Of a DNA stretch of 64,000 nt, positions 61,085-64,000 are shown piece after piece (position 1 is the first letter of the stretch; each line of letters opens with the position of its first letter). The translations under genes and the position numbers were made by a program. This DNA comes from Flavobacteriales bacterium (GTDB taxonomy: Bacteria; Bacteroidota; Bacteroidia; CAIKAF01), in assembly GCA_022402535.1 (NCBI GenBank), contig JAKRSD010000007.1, positions 13,110 through 77,109 of the forward strand, in the 5' to 3' direction. The notes beneath the pieces are model-generated. The model was given only the letters and a program-made list of their open reading frames with translations. It was not told the DNA's origin and did no database searches.

Positions 61085-62542
61085 TTGAATATTTCGCGAT
61101 ATATCCTTTTGTTTCTGTTGCTTATTACGGTGGCCTTTACCTCGTGCCGCAGAGATTTATTTTCTAAAGATCCTTCGCTCAGACTCAGTTTTTCGCGCGA
61201 GGAAGTCTTGTTCGACAGCACCTTTACGCAAATCGGCACCAGCACGGAGGTGTTCATGGTGCGCAACAAAACGAAGCAAAATCTGCTCATTGATCAGATT
61301 TATCTGGCGGGCGGATCGGGTTCAAAATTTCGCATGGTGGTAGATGGCGAAGCCGGTAATTCGGTGAAAGACATTGAAATTGCCGCCGGCGACAGCATTT
61401 ATGTATTTGTGGAAGCAACGATTGACGCCTCGGGCAGTACGGGAAGCCTTTTTGAAGCCGACAGTGTGCTATTTTCCTACAACGGAAACCTGGATGCCGT
61501 AAGCCTGTTTGCCGCCGGAAATGATGCCATTTATTTTTATCCGAACGATACGTTGAATTTGAGCAACGGAGGCAAATTTGCCTATCGCCGGATTTGCAAT
61601 GAAACCTGGGTTCCAGGAAAACCTTATGTAATCATAGGCCGGGCTATCGTAGATTCCGATTGTAAACTCACCATTATGCCCGGCACCAAAGTGCATTTCT
61701 TTAAAAATGCCGATTTGTGGGTGTTTCAAGATGGTACGCTTCAATCATTGGGCGAACAGAATAATCCGGTATTGTTTACGGGCACCAACCAGATGTTTGC
61801 CACGCAGCAGATTCCCGGGCAATGGGGCGGTCTCGTATTTTTTGACGGGAAAACCGACAATATCCTGCGGCATACCAAAATCCAGAACGGAACCATCGGC
61901 ATCAATATGCAGCCCCTTAATTTTTATGATGCCACCTCGCCGCGTAAAGTAACCCTGGAAAATGTAATTATTGAAAACATGACGTCTTTGGGAATTTATG
62001 CCCAAAACTTTGTGCTGGATGCCGTAAATCTTCGGGTTTCCAACTGTGGTCAGGGCGGAGTGGCCTGTATTTTTGGTGGCGATTATGCCTTCACGCATTG
62101 CACCTTTGCCAATTACTGGCCCGGACAGGGACGACCCAATCCTACCCTGCTGGCCGGCAACGGATTCAACCGCAACGACACCCTGTATGCCAACGACCTG
62201 AAATTGCGCGTATATAACACGGTGGTTACAGGTAACCAACTCAACGAACTGGTAATTGACAGCGTAGGCGGAACCGTGTTTGACTATCTGTTTGAAAACA
62301 GTGCCCTTACCTTAGACAATAAATTCGTTACCCCCGAAAACCGGTATTTCGACATTATCAAAAATGCCAACCCCCAGTTTAACGGGCCATTTTGGAACGA
62401 TTACCGGCTGAAAGAAAATTCACCTTTATTAAATAAAGGAAACCTGCAACGCACCCAACAAAACCTGAAAGCCTGGTTCGATTTGGAAGGCAAAAACCGC
62501 CTACAGGACGGCAAACCCGATATAGGGGCTTTAGAAAGGTAA
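61085..62542 (+). CDS. Hypothetical lipoprotein (possible right-handed beta-helix repeats)
   Basis: MNISRYILLFLLLITVAFTSCRR lipobox. 485 aa. Repetitive N/G/T-rich segments. Confidence 0.5.
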   Translation: MNISRYILLFLLLITVAFTSCRRDLFSKDPSLRLSFSREEVLFDSTFTQIGTSTEVFMVRNKTKQNLLIDQIYLAGGSGSKFRMVVDGEAGNSVKDIEIAAGDSIYVFVEATIDASGSTGSLFEADSVLFSYNGNLDAVSLFAAGNDAIYFYPNDTLNLSNGGKFAYRRICNETWVPGKPYVIIGRAIVDSDCKLTIMPGTKVHFFKNADLWVFQDGTLQSLGEQNNPVLFTGTNQMFATQQIPGQWGGLVFFDGKTDNILRHTKIQNGTIGINMQPLNFYDATSPRKVTLENVIIENMTSLGIYAQNFVLDAVNLRVSNCGQGGVACIFGGDYAFTHCTFANYWPGQGRPNPTLLAGNGFNRNDTLYANDLKLRVYNTVVTGNQLNELVIDSVGGTVFDYLFENSALTLDNKFVTPENRYFDIIKNANPQFNGPFWNDYRLKENSPLLNKGNLQRTQQNLKAWFDLEGKNRLQDGKPDIGALER

Positions 62543-62866
62543 ATTTATCGCAATACAAGCTCATTTTTACCCTATTGGGCAAAAATTGTAAATTCATACA
62601 CATTTTTATGTGTATTGAACTATGTACTTGATATTCAATAAGATATTATACAGATGTTAAAAAGGATTGATTTTGTCCGGAAAAGGAAAAAATTTATCCC
62701 TTAATTTAGCAAAACCAAATTCATTTGAAAACCCTATGAATTTTAATCTTCTAATTAACTGCATTTTACGACCAAACTTTCGAAATAGAAAGAGCAAATC
62801 ACATGACAATTTGTGTGGGGTTGGTTTGATTGTCAATCCCAAAACCGTTTACATGCTTATAAATAA

Positions 62867-62900
62867 AAGGAGGTGTCCGTCGTAAACTGACACCTCCCCT
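62867..62900 (+). terminator. Strong hairpin (GGAGGTGTC-N11-GACACCTCC) followed by a T-rich tract in the AT-rich intergenic region
   Basis: A 9-bp perfect stem seen in the sequence, followed by CCTTTGATTT. Function (terminator or regulatory) not established. Confidence 0.35.
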
Positions 62901-63046
62901 TTGATTTACTTTCAAAATGCGAATCCCGAAAGTAATTCAAAGGTAAGGAAAGAAAACTGTTTGGAGGGGTTTTACCCCAAATTGAACGAGCGGCACAAGC
63001 CGCAAAATAGTATTAAACAGATTTTTTAATGTAAACTTTTGAAAAC

Positions 63047-64000
63047 ATGAAGAAGTATTTGATATTAGCTGCTGCAATTGTATTGATAAGTGGCTGCAAA
63101 AAAGACATAAACGAAAACAGGGATTTGCAAACAAAGTCAGTTCCTGATTCAGGTGTTTCAGTTATTGATGGAAGGTTGGCTTTCAAAAATGTTGAAACCT
63201 ATGATTTATTTATTGAAAGATTATTGGAATATCAGACAGAAGATTTGGATAAAATCGAAAAAGATATGGGTTATGTTTCATACAGAAGCCAATTGGGAGA
63301 AGATTTCAATAACCCCGAAGTATCAATGACTGAAGATGATATTTTTGGGTTATTGATTAACAAGGATGGCCTGATTCAGATAGGGGATTCTGTATTTATA
63401 GCTTTCAAAGAAAATGGCGAAAACAAAGCGTATATGGCTGTTTATCCCACCCAGCAAAATCTTAACGATTTAATAAATAGGAAGCTAACCAAATATGTTA
63501 TTGATGTGTCGGGCACATCTGTTTATGAAAATGAAGCTAATGATGACAAGTCATATAGCTTGGATTGTAGAGCATGCAGAATTCCTGGGAAAAAATTTGA
63601 ACATGTGCAACAGTCAACAGCCTACTCGAAATATACTATAACTGGCTCTAACCTTCAAAGTCAAGATAGATGGTATACTTCTAAAGTAGCTCTTGAGGTT
63701 TGGCCTTTTTATAATGCTTTATATACAGTTATAAAACATCATAAATCGAACACAGCATTAGTATCACAAGGTAACGGAGGCTGGTTGCGTATAAATGGCT
63801 GCGGTGCATACATGATAAAAAGAAATGGCAAATGTTATGTAGACACAAAAGCACCCTTTTTACCCGCCAGTGGAGTATCTAAGTTGCGCTATAATTTTTA
63901 TGGAGGTAGCAAATGTATTAGAGATTATCGTACGTGGGTATTTTATAGGGTAAAGTACTCGCCAGACAATGGGCCGACAGAAGAAAGAAATTTGCAGCCG
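63047..64000 (+). CDS. Hypothetical lipoprotein, partial (runs off the window end; not in the ORF track)
   Basis: ATG 63047 gives MKKYLILAAAIVLISGCKK lipoprotein signal. Open frame to the window end (>317 aa). Several Cys. Low GC. Confidence 0.5.
   Translation, partial: MKKYLILAAAIVLISGCKKDINENRDLQTKSVPDSGVSVIDGRLAFKNVETYDLFIERLLEYQTEDLDKIEKDMGYVSYRSQLGEDFNNPEVSMTEDDIFGLLINKDGLIQIGDSVFIAFKENGENKAYMAVYPTQQNLNDLINRKLTKYVIDVSGTSVYENEANDDKSYSLDCRACRIPGKKFEHVQQSTAYSKYTITGSNLQSQDRWYTSKVALEVWPFYNALYTVIKHHKSNTALVSQGNGGWLRINGCGAYMIKRNGKCYVDTKAPFLPASGVSKLRYNFYGGSKCIRDYRTWVFYRVKYSPDNGPTEERNLQP

Overview
This is a 64-kb chromosomal window from a Bacteroidetes-type genome. The clues are two T9SS C-terminal sorting-domain cargo proteins, a GldE/LptC/PpiD-like envelope cluster, a TAnnTTTG-type -7 promoter box and about 45-50% GC. 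Gene density is high on both strands and most genes are housekeeping or envelope functions. On the minus strand these include an agmatine-deiminase-family protein (partial at the window edge), UppP, FtsX, RF2 (prfB, with its programmed +1 frameshift visible), an 828-aa PIG-L deacetylase fusion, an MltD-like lytic transglycosylase, GatA, TatA, GmhA, RadC, HemW, OmpH, a PpiD-like chaperone, a CNNM/CorC hemolysin (possible GldE), an LptC-like lipoprotein and CoaX. On the plus strand are a TPR protein, a histidine kinase plus response regulator immediately followed by gmd-fcl (GDP-fucose synthesis), an M1 aminopeptidase and a tandem UspA protein. A single tRNA-Phe(GAA) at 43.04 kb is followed by the most unusual part of the window, a roughly 3.8-kb variable region. 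It holds a secreted hypothetical protein, a 717-bp non-coding GC-normal segment bounded by 26-bp direct repeats and packed with nested inverted repeats, and a strongly AT-rich (about 28% GC) islet. The islet encodes a membrane-anchored protein and a HEPN-motif (Rx4HxY) protein, which I read as a candidate toxin or abortive-infection module. Downstream lies a DNA-damage and light-response cluster: an alkyltransferase-like (ATL, Cys-to-Ala) protein, ApbC, a NifU-like protein, DUF2256, an FeS-BCP (6-4)-type photolyase and a Cry-DASH/photolyase. After that come TauE, DoxX, cystathionine beta-synthase, a TroA/BtuF-like binding protein, a 1014-aa M36 fungalysin-like T9SS protease, a patatin-Omp85 (PlpD/type Vd-like) protein and lipoproteins. 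The last 1.4 kb is AT-rich again. No CRISPR array, rRNA, transposase or integrase was found.
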